A stretch of DNA of 48,597 bases from an uncultured Bacilli bacterium (GCA_947626535.1 CANQSO010000003.1:1-48597); one strand, 5' to 3'. Counted from the stretch's first letter, positions 18,401-30,393 are shown. Program-made: numbers and translations. Notes: generated by a model not told the origin, from the letters alone.

Positions 18401-21400
18401 CAGCAGTAAGCTCTTTAGGTTGAATACTTTTTAATGCTTGAATATTTTTATCTAATGAACCATCTTCATTTAGTTCTATTGCTTCTTGTAATTTTTCACG
18501 AACATTTCCACTTAAATATTCAGCTGATGTTACCCAAGTATCTTTATGTCTTTGTTTTGAAATTGTTGGTTCTTTATAAATCAAACCATCTAATTCTTCA
18601 AATACTTCATCTTCACTTTTATTAATTAAATTTGCTATATAAGGAATATCTACTAAACCTCTTTCATTTAATGAAATACTAAGTGCCTCAATAGAATTAT
18701 CAGCTTTTTCTATTTCTTTTGGTTTTCTTATTGTTCTTTCGTGAAATACTAAACCTTTTTTATAAAGTACTTTATCATCTTCTTTATATTCATCTTCAAT
18801 TGACGCTAGTAAATAACAGTCTGGGTCATCTGCAAATGCTTTCATATTTGCTTTATCATTTAAGAAACCATATTTTTTAACAAAACTATCATATTTTGCA
18901 TTTAATTCTTTTTGAACATTAACTAACTCGTTATCATCATCACTAGCTAATTGAATATCAAAAAGTTTCTTTAAACTATCTCTTATACCTATCATACCTA
19001 AGACGCGTTCAAAAACTTTTCCATCTTGTTTTGCGAGTGGAATCATAACTGAATCCACTCTTTGATAAATTTTATTATCAATTAAAACATAAGCATTATT
19101 TTTTACATTAGGTAGTGCTTGTAATACATCTTCTTCTTTTTCAATATTTTCATATTCTACTTTTTCATAAATGTTGCTATCAAATTTATTTATAACATCA
19201 TTAAGCATACTATTTAAGTCTTTATCTTCATCTGCTAATAAAACTGTATTATCACTACCATACATTGATTTATCATGTCCCATTTTTCCAAGTAACATAT
19301 CAGGGTGTTCAATATAATATTGATTTAAGGATATTTCATTTTCATCTAATGAAACATTTAACCAACTTGGATTAGCTTCTAAATCTATTTTACATTTCTT
19401 CTTCAAGAAAATAACATCACTATCAACTTTAGTATTTGCGATATTTTTAAATGTATTTTGTGGTAATCTAAAAGCTCCTATTAAGTCAGCACGTTCAGCA
19501 ATATACTTTCTTACTTTATCGTCAACTTTATCAAGTGTTCCAGTTGAAGTAACAAATGCAATTATTCCTCCAGCCCTAACCTTATCTAATGTTTTTTGAA
19601 AATAATAATCATGAATCAAAAAATTTGTCTTTTTATATTTCCTATCATATACCGAAACATTTCCAAATGGAATATTACTAATTGCAACATCAAAAAAGTT
19701 ATCTTGATAATTTGTATTTTCATAACCATTAATTTCAATTTTAGCATTAGGATATAATTTCTTAGCAATTCTTCCACTTATACTATCAAGTTCTATTCCG
19801 TATAAGTTAGAATTTTCTAATTCTTTAGGAATATTTCCAAAAAAATTACCAATTCCCATTGATGGCTCTAAGATATTACCTTTACTAAATCCCATTCTAT
19901 TTAGTATTTTCCACATTGTTTTAATTACATTATTTGGAGTATAAAATGAAGTTAAAGTTGATTCTCTAGCTTTAATATATTCTTCATCATTTAAAATATT
20001 TTTTAATTCTTTATATTCGCTTGACCATTCTTCTTTTCTTTCGTCAAATGCTTCAGGTATTCCACCCCATCCTGTGTATTTTGCCAAAATATCTTGTTCT
20101 TCTTTAGTAGCGTTTCTATTTTCATTTTCAAGATTCTTAAGTAATTTTATAGCCTCTACATTATTTTTAAATTTTGTTTTAGCACCACCATAATCAATAT
20201 CATTTTCAATAGCATAATTAGTTGGTTGAATATTTCTTTTTTCATAATCTTTTATTTCATTACCATCAAAATCATAATATCTATATTTTTTTTCGGATAA
20301 TGTCATACCATATTCACCTGGTATTAAGGATTGTTCTACTGTTCTATAATAATAATCTGGTTTGTCATTAACTTTATCTGTTTTAGGACTTATTATTTCT
20401 TCATCTTCTATAGATTCTTCTTTTGGTTCTTCTCTTGATTCATCAAAAAGATTTAATTGTTGCTGATAATTATTCATTTGAATATTATCATCTACTTCTT
20501 TTTCTTCTTCTATATCATCATCTTCATAATCCATATCATAACTATCCATATAATCTTCAGGAATTATAAATTCATCTTGATTCAAATGTCTATCAACGGC
20601 TTCATCAAATAATTCATCATATTCTTGTTCAGTCAATTTATAATTATCGATAAAATTACCATCTTTACTAGATTTAACATCATCAATTTGATAAACGTCA
20701 CTTAACCCAGCTTGTATTTTCTGCATACTTTCTAAAGCATTATTATATAATTCTTTTATTTCATCATATTGATAATATTCGTTTAAGCAAAAATTATTTA
20801 TATAGTCATTTACTTCATCTTCCGTATATTTATTATGTATATAATTTTCTGCTAAATTATTAACATATTTTTCTGTTTCCTTTTCACGTTCTTCTATTGA
20901 TAAAATAATGGTATCTAAATCTTCTTCTATAATTTCACCAACATTAGTATCTTCAACAAGTCCAATAGAATTATCATCTTTATCAACACCTATAAATTTA
21001 TAAACTATATCAAAATCTTCAATTTCTTCTTCTTCAAAACGTTCAGAGTTTACTTCATCTTCTGCTTTTCTAACATAAGTTTTACCAATATATTTAGAAA
21101 TATCAATTTGTTTATCTTCTTTTACTTCTTCACTAGCATTATCATTAAATAATTCTTGTTCTTGTAAAATATTTTCACTTTTTAGTTTTTCATTTTGTTC
21201 AACATTTAATACATTTTTTTCCTCGTCATCTCTAGTATTATGAATAGAATCAATATCTTCTCTTTTTATTATTTCATTTTCCACATAATAATCTAGCAAT
21301 AAAACTGTATCTTGTATATCTTCTAAAGTTTCATAATATCGTTCTACATATCTCTTATCTTCTTCAATTTTATCTTTTAAATCATTCAAATCAGTTAAAT

Positions 21401-22553
21401 TATATTTATCACATAAAATATCTAAAAATTGATAAGCGTCATTTAAGTCTTTTAAATTGTAATTATTATTTAGTATATTATTTTTATTTTTTTCTAATTT
21501 CTCTAATTTTTCCAATAACTCTATTTTTGGGAATTTTCTCTCTGCAATTAATTTTTCATAAGATTTATAAACGTCATTCCAAGTATATTTATATTTTATA
21601 TCATCATCTGTAGTTAAATAAAAGCCTTTTGAATCGTAATCAACAAATCCCTGTGTACCATTTAAAAAATAGTATGTTCTTCCACCTATTCCAAAACAAT
21701 TTCTTAATTCTTTTATTGCCGTCTGTTCATCATTAATAGTAGTTATAATTCGATATATTCCTTCTCCACCTTTTTGAGTATAATTTCCTATTTTTAAAGC
21801 ATTTTCAAATTCCATTTCTCTAGGATTTTCAGTTTCAAATAATGATGTTTGAAAATGTTTTTCATGAGTTGTATCATTCTTAATCTCTTTATTTTCTTCT
21901 TGTACTTCTTTTTTTATTTCATTTTTTAATTTCTTTTCTATATTTTTTATTTCAAACATTAAATTTCTATAAAAGAAATAACTTACATCTAATATGTATC
22001 CAAAATTTGTTTTTTCTATATTTTTCAAATTATTTTGATATTCAACATTTTTAAAACTTTCATCAATATTGTAACCACATTTATTCAATGTTAATAAACT
22101 TGTCGTAAATGCCACAAAATTTGTTTCTTGTTCATTAAAATTCAATTCTTTGCTTTTAATTAAACATTTAGTTATCATATTTAATGATTTAAAAAACATA
22201 TTATTATTATCTTCTAAATTTATGTTATATTTTTCTTTTAACTCATTAATAACATTATCAGCATATTGTTTATCAAATTTTTGAAATACTATATTTTTTC
22301 CATAAGTTTGAGATATATCAAACAAATAAAAATTAGAATTATTTATTCCTGTTAGTTTTACACCATGTTGTCCAGCAATTATTTTCCTACCAATACTATT
22401 CCAATCGTCATAAGTTGCAAACATCTTACCTTTAGGAAAATATTGATATAGTTTTACTATATTATCAATATTATAATAATTTGCTTTATAAAATTGTGAA
22501 GAATACTTTAAAAATTCTAACAAATTTTCCTTAATATTAAACTCCTGTATCAT
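15468..22553 (-). CDS. DarB-like N6-adenine methyltransferase/SNF2 helicase fusion with N-terminal ArdC-like domain
   Basis: [11 protein letters not shown]...FDISQT (ArdC-N-like); MTase [10 protein letters not shown] and NIPF; helicase [32 protein letters not shown]. Confidence 0.9.
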
Positions 22554-23142
22554 TTTCTATCAACTCCCCCTCTATTACAACTCGATAATTATCATTATTA
22601 TTTTTACAAGTAATTAATGTTATTGTTGATGTAGATTTATTTTGCATAACTGGTGTAGAATTAGACATAGATATTTCTTTATTATTAGTTACTAAATAAT
22701 GATATTTTTTGCTTTTATAATAAACATAAATATCATCATTTTTCTTTAATTTATAAATATTTTTAAAAAAGGAGACAACGGTATTACCATTATGAGCAAA
22801 TAAAATAAAATTACTATTTTGTTCATTAGGCATTTTGGAAGTTGGATAAATACTTACTGCTCTATTCATTGAATAAAATGACCAGTCGCTTTTTACAATA
22901 CCAGTTTTTAAATTAATTACAGGTATTTCAATAACTGCTACATAATTTTCATTATTTCTATTATTTAATACTGTTTGTGTTTTATCTTTTTCATTTACTT
23001 GTGTATTATAATTATCAAAAAATACTTCCAAATTTTGTTGTTGTTCAACAATTGTTTTTCTTTCATTATTTATGGTTAAATTATAGAAAATAAGACTTGC
23101 AATAATTATAATTAGACCTATTAACTTAATACATTTATTCAT
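22537..23142 (-). CDS. Sortase
   Basis: N-terminal TM; catalytic triad AH...TLITC...R. Confidence 0.9.
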   Translation of the reverse strand: MNKCIKLIGLIIIIASLIFYNLTINNERKTIVEQQQNLEVFFDNYNTQVNEKDKTQTVLNNRNNENYVAVIEIPVINLKTGIVKSDWSFYSMNRAVSIYPTSKMPNEQNSNFILFAHNGNTVVSFFKNIYKLKKNDDIYVYYKSKKYHYLVTNNKEISMSNSTPVMQNKSTSTITLITCKNNNDNYRVVIEGELIENDTGV

Positions 23143-23151
23143 TTTTCATAC

Positions 23152-23361
23152 CTAATCTTTTTTCATATAATCAAATATAACAATATCTAATACATCACAT
23201 ATTTTTAAGATAAGAAAAAAATCGGGATTATCAACTTTTCCCAATTCTATATCTTCAATTGTTTCTTTATCAGTATAAGATAATTTTGCAAGTCTACCTC
23301 TACTCATTCCCCAACTTTGTCTTTCCTTTTTTAACACATAACCTAAATTATCTATAAACAT
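23152..23361 (-). CDS. XRE-family HTH regulator
   Basis: LKKERQSWGMSRGRLA...IEDIELGKVDNP pattern. Confidence 0.85.
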   Translation of the reverse strand: MFIDNLGYVLKKERQSWGMSRGRLAKLSYTDKETIEDIELGKVDNPDFFLILKICDVLDIVIFDYMKKD

Positions 23362-23375
23362 TCTTACTACCCCCT

Positions 23376-25472
23376 TTATTTAACTTTTATTTCTAATCTA
23401 TTTTCATACTTTTCATCAGGAAACATTTTAAAATTAAATTCATATTCATCTTCATTAATTAATTGCACTAAATTCTCTAACTTTATTTGCGATAATGGTA
23501 TTGGAAAACCTATTACACAAACTACTTTATTTTCTTCTTCATAAAATTCAGTTTTATATTGTAAAGAATCTAACTGTATTTTTAAGTTGTTAATTAAATT
23601 ATCAAGTTTTTCTTTTTGACTTTCTAAGGTTAAATCTTTCACATTTAACAATTTATTTCTTCCACTTTTAATATCTTCAACAGTATAATAATAATCTGTA
23701 AATCTCTTTAAAGGACAACTTTTTCTTTGAATCATACCATCTTTAAATATTTTAAATTTTTTATAAAATACTGTATCTCTTAAAATTGGATGACCTACTA
23801 TTGGAAATATTATTGTTTTGTAATGTAACTGTTTTATTTCATCAGCCGTTAGTAGTGGCCTACCAATTAAATTAGTGCCTTTACTTCCACTTGCATTTAT
23901 GTTACTTAAAGAATAATTAATTGATGATGTTTCTAATGTTTTTGTTCCTAATAATTTACTAATTCTTTCAGCCGTATCTTGTGTATTAGTTTTTAAATAT
24001 GCTAAACCAGAATTATCTAAAATTGTTTGAGCAACTTCTTTACCATATACATTATCAAGTTGACTAAAAGACTGAATATACATATGAAATCTTAGTCCTC
24101 TTGACCTAGCTACTGAAATAATTGTTTCTATTTCTGGTAATGGTGGACAGTTGGCAAACTCATCTAAAATCCAGTCAATTTCTATTTTAGTTTTCTTTTC
24201 TTCTCTTGAATTAGCATATTTTGTTATTTCACGATAAAGTAACCCAATTATTATTGTTATTAAATTAAAATATATTTTTTCTTCATCAGGAACAATAATA
24301 TAAAATGCCGTTGGTACTTTGCCTAAAATATCTAACGGAAATGAAGAACTTGATATTATATTTTCAACATTAATATCATCAAACAAAGACATTTTTTCAT
24401 TAAAGACACTAGTTATAGATTTATATGTATTTTCACTACTAGCTAATATTGATGTTAAACTATCTTTACTCTTAGAGCCATACGGTTTTGATTCGATATA
24501 TCTTTTAAATTCTTCGGCATTATCTTCGGGCATAGAACTATTTTGAAATTTCTTTATTGCCGATAAAGTTATTTGACATCTTTCAATTTTTTTACTTTTA
24601 TAATCTTCTAAAAATAAACCTATTATTCCCTCCAATAAATTTCTAGCTGAATTATTCCAAAACGGGTCTTTTGTATCCTTTTCATTCATAATCATTGAAC
24701 TTATAAATGTTATTAATCTATTACACTCAGCATAATGATATAAAGACTTATTTTCATAATCTTGCTTTTTCTCTGTATCATCTTGAATACATTTTTCTAT
24801 AATAGATATATTACTTTCTAAATTTAATAAATGGTTTGTTGAATAATAATCTTTATCTTCAAATTCTTTATCGCTATTTATATAATCACATTCTTCTTTA
24901 TATATTTTTTTTCGATTTTTCATTTCGATAATTTTATTATCTAATTCATAAACATTATTTTCATTATCCATATATTTTTCATATTCTAATATACATGGTT
25001 CAAGCAAATTTATTTTATCCGAATTTTCTGGATGACGGAAATCAATTGTAATAATATTATAATTTTTTTCTTGAAACATTTTACTTGTTTTTGAAAAAAT
25101 TTCACCTTTAGGATCTGTTATAAAAACTGACCTATGTGTTTTAGCATTCGCAATAAATGAACATAATGGCAAAACACTTGTTGATGATTTACCACTTCCT
25201 GTTGAACCTAAATATACCCAGTGAGGTGTTTCATAATCAAACCATACATTTTTTAAGTTTTTATCAAAATAAATAGGAAAACCTACTTTATCAATATTAT
25301 TGAGGTTTTCCTTTTTAAAATTCTTCTTAATCTCTTGTACTGTTGACCATCTTGCTGAACCATGTTCATTACTATTTTTTAATTTTTGTTTAGACATTCT
25401 TGGTTCAATATAATACATAAAAAATACGATTAGTAAAATTAGCAATAAAATTATTATATAACTGTAATTCAT
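23376..25472 (-). CDS. Type IV coupling protein VirD4/TraG
   Basis: HGSARW, GSTGSGKS, TDPKGE, DPFW, ILDEFAN, QSFSQL, RPLLTADEI. Confidence 0.95.
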   Translation of the reverse strand: MNYSYIIILLLILLIVFFMYYIEPRMSKQKLKNSNEHGSARWSTVQEIKKNFKKENLNNIDKVGFPIYFDKNLKNVWFDYETPHWVYLGSTGSGKSSTSVLPLCSFIANAKTHRSVFITDPKGEIFSKTSKMFQEKNYNIITIDFRHPENSDKINLLEPCILEYEKYMDNENNVYELDNKIIEMKNRKKIYKEECDYINSDKEFEDKDYYSTNHLLNLESNISIIEKCIQDDTEKKQDYENKSLYHYAECNRLITFISSMIMNEKDTKDPFWNNSARNLLEGIIGLFLEDYKSKKIERCQITLSAIKKFQNSSMPEDNAEEFKRYIESKPYGSKSKDSLTSILASSENTYKSITSVFNEKMSLFDDINVENIISSSSFPLDILGKVPTAFYIIVPDEEKIYFNLITIIIGLLYREITKYANSREEKKTKIEIDWILDEFANCPPLPEIETIISVARSRGLRFHMYIQSFSQLDNVYGKEVAQTILDNSGLAYLKTNTQDTAERISKLLGTKTLETSSINYSLSNINASGSKGTNLIGRPLLTADEIKQLHYKTIIFPIVGHPILRDTVFYKKFKIFKDGMIQRKSCPLKRFTDYYYTVEDIKSGRNKLLNVKDLTLESQKEKLDNLINNLKIQLDSLQYKTEFYEEENKVVCVIGFPIPLSQIKLENLVQLINEDEYEFNFKMFPDEKYENRLEIKVK

Positions 25473-25475
25473 ATC

Positions 25476-25721
25476 TTATTCCTTACTATCTATTAAAGTT
25501 ATTTCTTCAAGACTTCTTTTAAAATCTTTTTTTATTTCAATTAAAAGATTATTAATACTTTTTTGAATCACATCTTTTTCCGTTTCATTTTTTTGCTCCA
25601 ATTTTGCTATACTTTTATCTAATTTTTTTATATTATTATTTATTCCTTTAGAATATCTTTCACTATTTTCAAACTGTTTTTGTAAATTTTGAAACTCATT
25701 ATTTAATTTTAAAAAATCCAT
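25476..25721 (-). CDS. Hypothetical coiled-coil protein
   Basis: RBS GAAAGGTGG before the ATG at 25721; heptad-rich. Confidence 0.65.
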   Translation of the reverse strand: MDFLKLNNEFQNLQKQFENSERYSKGINNNIKKLDKSIAKLEQKNETEKDVIQKSINNLLIEIKKDFKRSLEEITLIDSKE

Positions 25722-25741
25722 AAATATCCCACCTTTCACTA

Positions 25742-26929
25742 TTACATTTCTAAATCATTGTCTTTTGAATTTTTAATATTTTTATCTTCAACTTTTTGAA
25801 GTTCTTTACTCAATGTAGGATTAGAACTTGCTATAACATATAGCAACATAATCTTTTCATTTGTAAATGAATCAAGTTCCTTGTCATTTTCATATTTTAA
25901 ATAACTACGCAATGAATATGAATTATTTTTTTCATACCATTTCTCGTTTATTTTATCATTTTTACATTCACTAATTAAATAATCAGCAATTTTTTTAGAT
26001 TCATCTTCACTTATATATGAAAATTTATCATTTAATTGTAATTCATTTAATAATAGCAAATCTTTATCTTCAAATTCTTTAACAATATTATCATTATTTA
26101 TAGCAACATATTTATTATTAGCATAATAAAAGTCTACTCCACTTTCATACGACGCAACATAAGTATATTTATTAATATCTTTACAAGATAATTTATTTAT
26201 CACATTATCTAATCTTTTTAGCTTTTCTTCATCAGTATATATTTTATCTTCTTCCATAATATCAATATTTTCTTTAGACTTCGTAACTCTAAGTATATCT
26301 CGACTAGTTATAAATCTTTCTTTGCAATACTTTTTATAGTTTTCTATTCCCTCTTTATATTTTTCTTCTAAAGATTCGTCGCCATATATTTCATTTTTTA
26401 TAATATTTCTAATTCCTAAATGGGAAGATAAAGGCATATATGCTACTAAATTATTTTTAAATAAATCAAAAATGATTTGTTCTGAATCTTCCATAGGGTG
26501 TGGCTCTTGTACTAAAAAATCTTTACTATTTGTTATATATATTCCATCATCACTAGCATAATATTTATTATCATCTTTAGTTGTTAAAATATATTCCATA
26601 TCACTTGGTTTTGTTTTTGCAAAACTTCTTATACTACTATGGTCATTAAATGCTTGAATAATATCCCATTTATCCACACTAGCTAAATATTGTATATCTA
26701 ATTTATTATTATATATTTCATCTAATAAATAATAAGCATAGTCATCAGCTCCAGCTCTAGTATATTCATCATGTAACCAACACTCATTTGAAAGATTTAC
26801 AATTGTTTCTATAGTATCATTATCAATATCTTCATCATATTCTTTACAAACTTGTACTAATAATATATTCCTTAAATTATTTTTAACTTCTTCTGACATA
26901 TCATCATATAATTTTATTAATGATTTCAT
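25742..26929 (-). CDS. Hypothetical ICE protein
   Basis: Start re-set to MKSLIKL (26929), coupled by an ATGA overlap to the upstream small ORF. Confidence 0.75.
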   Translation of the reverse strand: MKSLIKLYDDMSEEVKNNLRNILLVQVCKEYDEDIDNDTIETIVNLSNECWLHDEYTRAGADDYAYYLLDEIYNNKLDIQYLASVDKWDIIQAFNDHSSIRSFAKTKPSDMEYILTTKDDNKYYASDDGIYITNSKDFLVQEPHPMEDSEQIIFDLFKNNLVAYMPLSSHLGIRNIIKNEIYGDESLEEKYKEGIENYKKYCKERFITSRDILRVTKSKENIDIMEEDKIYTDEEKLKRLDNVINKLSCKDINKYTYVASYESGVDFYYANNKYVAINNDNIVKEFEDKDLLLLNELQLNDKFSYISEDESKKIADYLISECKNDKINEKWYEKNNSYSLRSYLKYENDKELDSFTNEKIMLLYVIASSNPTLSKELQKVEDKNIKNSKDNDLEM

Positions 26930-27075
26930 TTCACATCGCCTTTCCTTTCTAAAACGCCCTGTTCCATTTCTTCTATTTGTGAACATATGCTAGCCATTTT
27001 TAATATCCCATATAAAAATAATGCAAGCATAATAATTGGGCATACAAAAAATAACATTAAAATTAAAAATTCCAT
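26926..27075 (-). CDS. Small membrane protein (49 aa) missed by the ORF track
   Basis: MEFLILMLFFVCPIIMLALFLYGILKMASICSQIEEMEQGVLERKGDVK*; GGAGGTG RBS; stop overlaps the next start. Confidence 0.75.
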   Translation of the reverse strand: MEFLILMLFFVCPIIMLALFLYGILKMASICSQIEEMEQGVLERKGDVK

Positions 27076-27081
27076 TCTACA

Positions 27082-28434
27082 TCACCTCCAACTATTTTTT
27101 TCATAATCTTTATTAACAAATAATTCATGAAACTCTTTTGCATATTCTTCCATCTCTTCATTTAAGTTTTTTACTGCTTTCATAACATTTTGACTTATAA
27201 TAAATTTTTGATAGTTAGTATTTCCAGATAAGTTGTTTTTTAAAAGCATTAATTTTAAATCTTTATTTTTATATCTTTGATATTGCTCATAAGATAATTC
27301 TTGTAATAAGTCATCTAATGTTATTTTGTTTTCAGTATTTTTTGTTTTTAAAGTATTATATATTTTATTTGTTCTAAACATTGCATGATTAACTATTGCA
27401 TTTGATATAAAGCTATCTATATATTTTTCTTTTGTAATTACTAATTTATTTTCCTTTAAATTTTTTTCAAAATGATTTTGTTCATTTATTTTTAAGTAAT
27501 AATTATTTAACTTCTTTAAATCATTATTAACTTTTGACTTTTCTTTATATAAAATTGAACTCTTATCATCAAATAAATACTTTTTAATTTCATTAGTTAA
27601 AGATTTAATTTCTAAACCTATTTCATTATTTTTAATTGAACCATATTTAACTTTCTTTCCAACATTTCCATCTCTATACATATTTATTAGATAACCTAAT
27701 TTAATTATCTTCTCTTCCATTTTGATATTTTTAATATCTTTTAAAATAAAATTTTTATCTTTAGAATTAAAATATTTTTTTAATTCATCAATATCTTTAT
27801 TTAAATTAGTTATTAATGGTTTCATTATTGATTTTCTTTCTAATGAAATTACTGTTTGATTTAATAAAAATTCTCTTTCATCTTTTGTAATCATTCCTAA
27901 TCTTCGATAATTTATTTTTCCATCACGATTCATATAATTAGGTTTTAATTCTGTAAATGCTAAATGAATATGTAAATGATTTGTATTACCATGTATTGAA
28001 AAACAATATCGCATTTTTTTTATATCAACAAAACCACATTTTTTTAAAAACTTTGGTATTACTTCTTTAGCCATTACATTTTCTAATTCTTTAATTGTAA
28101 TTGTTTGATTTAACCATTCATTATCAAAACTTATTACACCTTTCCATAAGTTAGAATTTTCATTTGCTTTGATAAATTGCTTTTTTATTTTTTCTACATC
28201 TTTTGATGTAGCATATTTACCATTTTCCATAATTAGATTTAATTTGTTGTCTTGTTTACTACCCATATAATAATCAATCATTCCAACAACTTCTTTATTT
28301 TTATCAGCATAATAGTCAATCATATTATTAATATCAGTTTTAATTTTTTTAGTATCTTTTGAATTATGATTTAAAGGATTATTTAAACCATAAGTATACT
28401 TTCCTTTATAAATAACTTTAGGCGAGTTCATCAT
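27082..28434 (-). CDS. Relaxase, MobL family
   Basis: DYY motifs, LWKGVISFDNEWL, HGNTNHLHIH (HUH). Confidence 0.9.
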   Translation of the reverse strand: MMNSPKVIYKGKYTYGLNNPLNHNSKDTKKIKTDINNMIDYYADKNKEVVGMIDYYMGSKQDNKLNLIMENGKYATSKDVEKIKKQFIKANENSNLWKGVISFDNEWLNQTITIKELENVMAKEVIPKFLKKCGFVDIKKMRYCFSIHGNTNHLHIHLAFTELKPNYMNRDGKINYRRLGMITKDEREFLLNQTVISLERKSIMKPLITNLNKDIDELKKYFNSKDKNFILKDIKNIKMEEKIIKLGYLINMYRDGNVGKKVKYGSIKNNEIGLEIKSLTNEIKKYLFDDKSSILYKEKSKVNNDLKKLNNYYLKINEQNHFEKNLKENKLVITKEKYIDSFISNAIVNHAMFRTNKIYNTLKTKNTENKITLDDLLQELSYEQYQRYKNKDLKLMLLKNNLSGNTNYQKFIISQNVMKAVKNLNEEMEEYAKEFHELFVNKDYEKNSWR

Positions 28435-28768
28435 TTTTCTTCTTTATATATTCTTGAAAAACTAAATCGTCTTTAACATTTCTATTTTTAGGAAAGCCAC
28501 TATTAACAAAAATTTGTTTTACTAAATTTGTTAGCCAAACATTTTTTTTCTTTAAATCTATTAAATCATTTTCAATATTTTCTAATTTTAAAATTATATC
28601 TTTTTTTTCTTCATAAGCATTTGTATCTTTTAAATTATTAATATAATAAGCAATACTTTCATTAACCATTTTTGTTACTGTACTATTTTTTTCTTTAGCA
28701 ATTAATTTCAATGCTTCAGAATTTAGTTTTGTGATACGCACAGTTATTTTTATTTTTTTATCATTCAT
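28418..28768 (-). CDS. Relaxosome auxiliary ribbon-helix-helix protein
   Basis: KITVRI...LKLIAKEKNSTVTKMV RHH pattern plus coiled coil; directly upstream of the relaxase. Confidence 0.7.
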   Translation of the reverse strand: MNDKKIKITVRITKLNSEALKLIAKEKNSTVTKMVNESIAYYINNLKDTNAYEEKKDIILKLENIENDLIDLKKKNVWLTNLVKQIFVNSGFPKNRNVKDDLVFQEYIKKKNDELA

Positions 28769-28784
28769 ATTCTACTCCAATTTT

Positions 28785-28937
28785 TTAATTTTTAGTCTTA
28801 CTAATAAATGCTTGTATACCAAATTCAATTAATTCTATTAGTTGCTTATTTAAACTTATATTATTTTCTTTAGCTAATATTTTTACTCTTGTCCACAACT
28901 CTTGTGGAATCCGAAATGTTATCCTTTTTATTCTCAT
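28785..28937 (-). CDS. Arc-like ribbon-helix-helix protein (relaxosome auxiliary)
   Basis: RITFRIPQELWTRVKILAKENNISLNKQL; start re-set to 28937 (GGAG RBS). Confidence 0.78.
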   Translation of the reverse strand: MRIKRITFRIPQELWTRVKILAKENNISLNKQLIELIEFGIQAFISKTKN

Positions 28938-28964
28938 AATCTCATCACTCCATTTCATTTTTTT

Positions 28965-29200
28965 TAATTGTTGACTGGCACTTTTCAACTTTTATTCTTA
29001 AATTTAGCTTATTATTTCAAATGAGCATAAGTGTTGGACACCATAAAAAGCGTTTTTCTAATAAAACACTAATCTTTTTATGGTGTCATTCTATTTTTGC
29101 ACTTGCAAAAAATATGGCAACTTTTAAAAAAGTGCCAGTCAACAATTATGTTTTTCTCTTATATTGCTAAATTTATTTGTTGAAAAGTGCCAGTTATATT
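28965..29200. other. Putative oriT
   Basis: 21-bp perfect IR (28965-28985/29128-29148), 16-bp third copy (29179-29194), 14-bp IR (29037-29050/29074-29087), TTTTTGCA-CT-TGCAAAAA hairpin; upstream of the RHH-RHH-relaxase genes. Confidence 0.75.
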
Positions 29201-29251
29201 TGCCATCTTTTACTTATTTTTAACTTTTTTTGTATGGCAAGTTATTTTTAA

Positions 29252-30154
29252 TTATCTCAATATCGGTGGTTTTAGATAATCTTCATCTTTGTTTGGAATA
29301 TTTATATCATCTTCTGAAAAACTTACTAAACTCATTCCATCTACATATTTATTATTTTCATCTCTTACTTCAAAATGTAAATGGTCACCTGTTGAATTTC
29401 CTGTCGTACCAACAAAAGCTAGTGTTTGATTTTTACTAACTGTATCCCCAACTTTTACTTTGCTACTATTAGGAAATAGATGTCCATAAATTACACTATA
29501 TTTTGGATTAATATCATTACATTCTAACATAATATAATTTCCATAACCACCAGCCATATCTGGTATGTTTTCTTGATATGTAAATGAATTTGTTATTATT
29601 TTTCCGTCGCATACTGCTTTTACTTCTGGTTTAGAATTACTTGCCAAGTCCCATGCTTTATGAACATTAAATTCATTATTTACTATTCTTTGCTCCATAA
29701 AAAATGATGTAATTACAACCTTAGAAAAATCTATTGGTTTTGCAAATGGTTTATTTTGATATTCATCTATTTGACCACTTACTTGTATTTCATCACTAGC
29801 ACATCCATAATAAAATTTTTTATTTAATGTTTCACACACACTACTTATTGGTTTCATTCTTTTAAGTTCTACATCTAAATTATCTTCATAAATTTCCGAC
29901 ATATTTGAATTTTCATTTCTTAAATAAAAATATAATATTCTTTCTAGTGATACATAACCGTCTTGCTTTTCTACTAAATGTTCATTTAAAATACTTGTAT
30001 ATTCACTAGCATATTGAAAATTATCTTCTACATAACCATCAGTTGTATTAACTCCAAAAAAATTCATAATTAACATACATGGTATTAAAATTATTAATCC
30101 AATTAATAAACCACCTACTACAAAAGGCATAATAATTAATAAAACTTTTTTCAT
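29252..30154 (-). CDS. M23 peptidase (conjugative cell-wall hydrolase)
   Basis: N-terminal TM; HKAWD, GGYGNY, YGHL, STGDHLHFE. Confidence 0.9.
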   Translation of the reverse strand: MKKVLLIIMPFVVGGLLIGLIILIPCMLIMNFFGVNTTDGYVEDNFQYASEYTSILNEHLVEKQDGYVSLERILYFYLRNENSNMSEIYEDNLDVELKRMKPISSVCETLNKKFYYGCASDEIQVSGQIDEYQNKPFAKPIDFSKVVITSFFMEQRIVNNEFNVHKAWDLASNSKPEVKAVCDGKIITNSFTYQENIPDMAGGYGNYIMLECNDINPKYSVIYGHLFPNSSKVKVGDTVSKNQTLAFVGTTGNSTGDHLHFEVRDENNKYVDGMSLVSFSEDDINIPNKDEDYLKPPILR

Positions 30155-30393
30155 GTTTTATTTGCCTTTTTTATTTTTTCTACTGTGTAATATTTATTAT
30201 GTTTACACTTTACTCCACGTATCTTTTTTAATTCATTTCCAATTATTGACGCTGGAACTAAATCATATAAAACATCTGTAAATTCTTCATTAGGATCTTC
30301 AAAATCTTCTCTACATAATTCCTTAAATTCTTTTTTTATTATATATTTTTTTGTATTTTCTTCTTGTTTTTCATTTCTTATACTTTTACTCAT
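30151..30393 (-). CDS. Hypothetical protein
   Basis: 80-aa ORF overlapping both neighbours. Confidence 0.6.
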   Translation of the reverse strand: MSKSIRNEKQEENTKKYIIKKEFKELCREDFEDPNEEFTDVLYDLVPASIIGNELKKIRGVKCKHNKYYTVEKIKKANKT

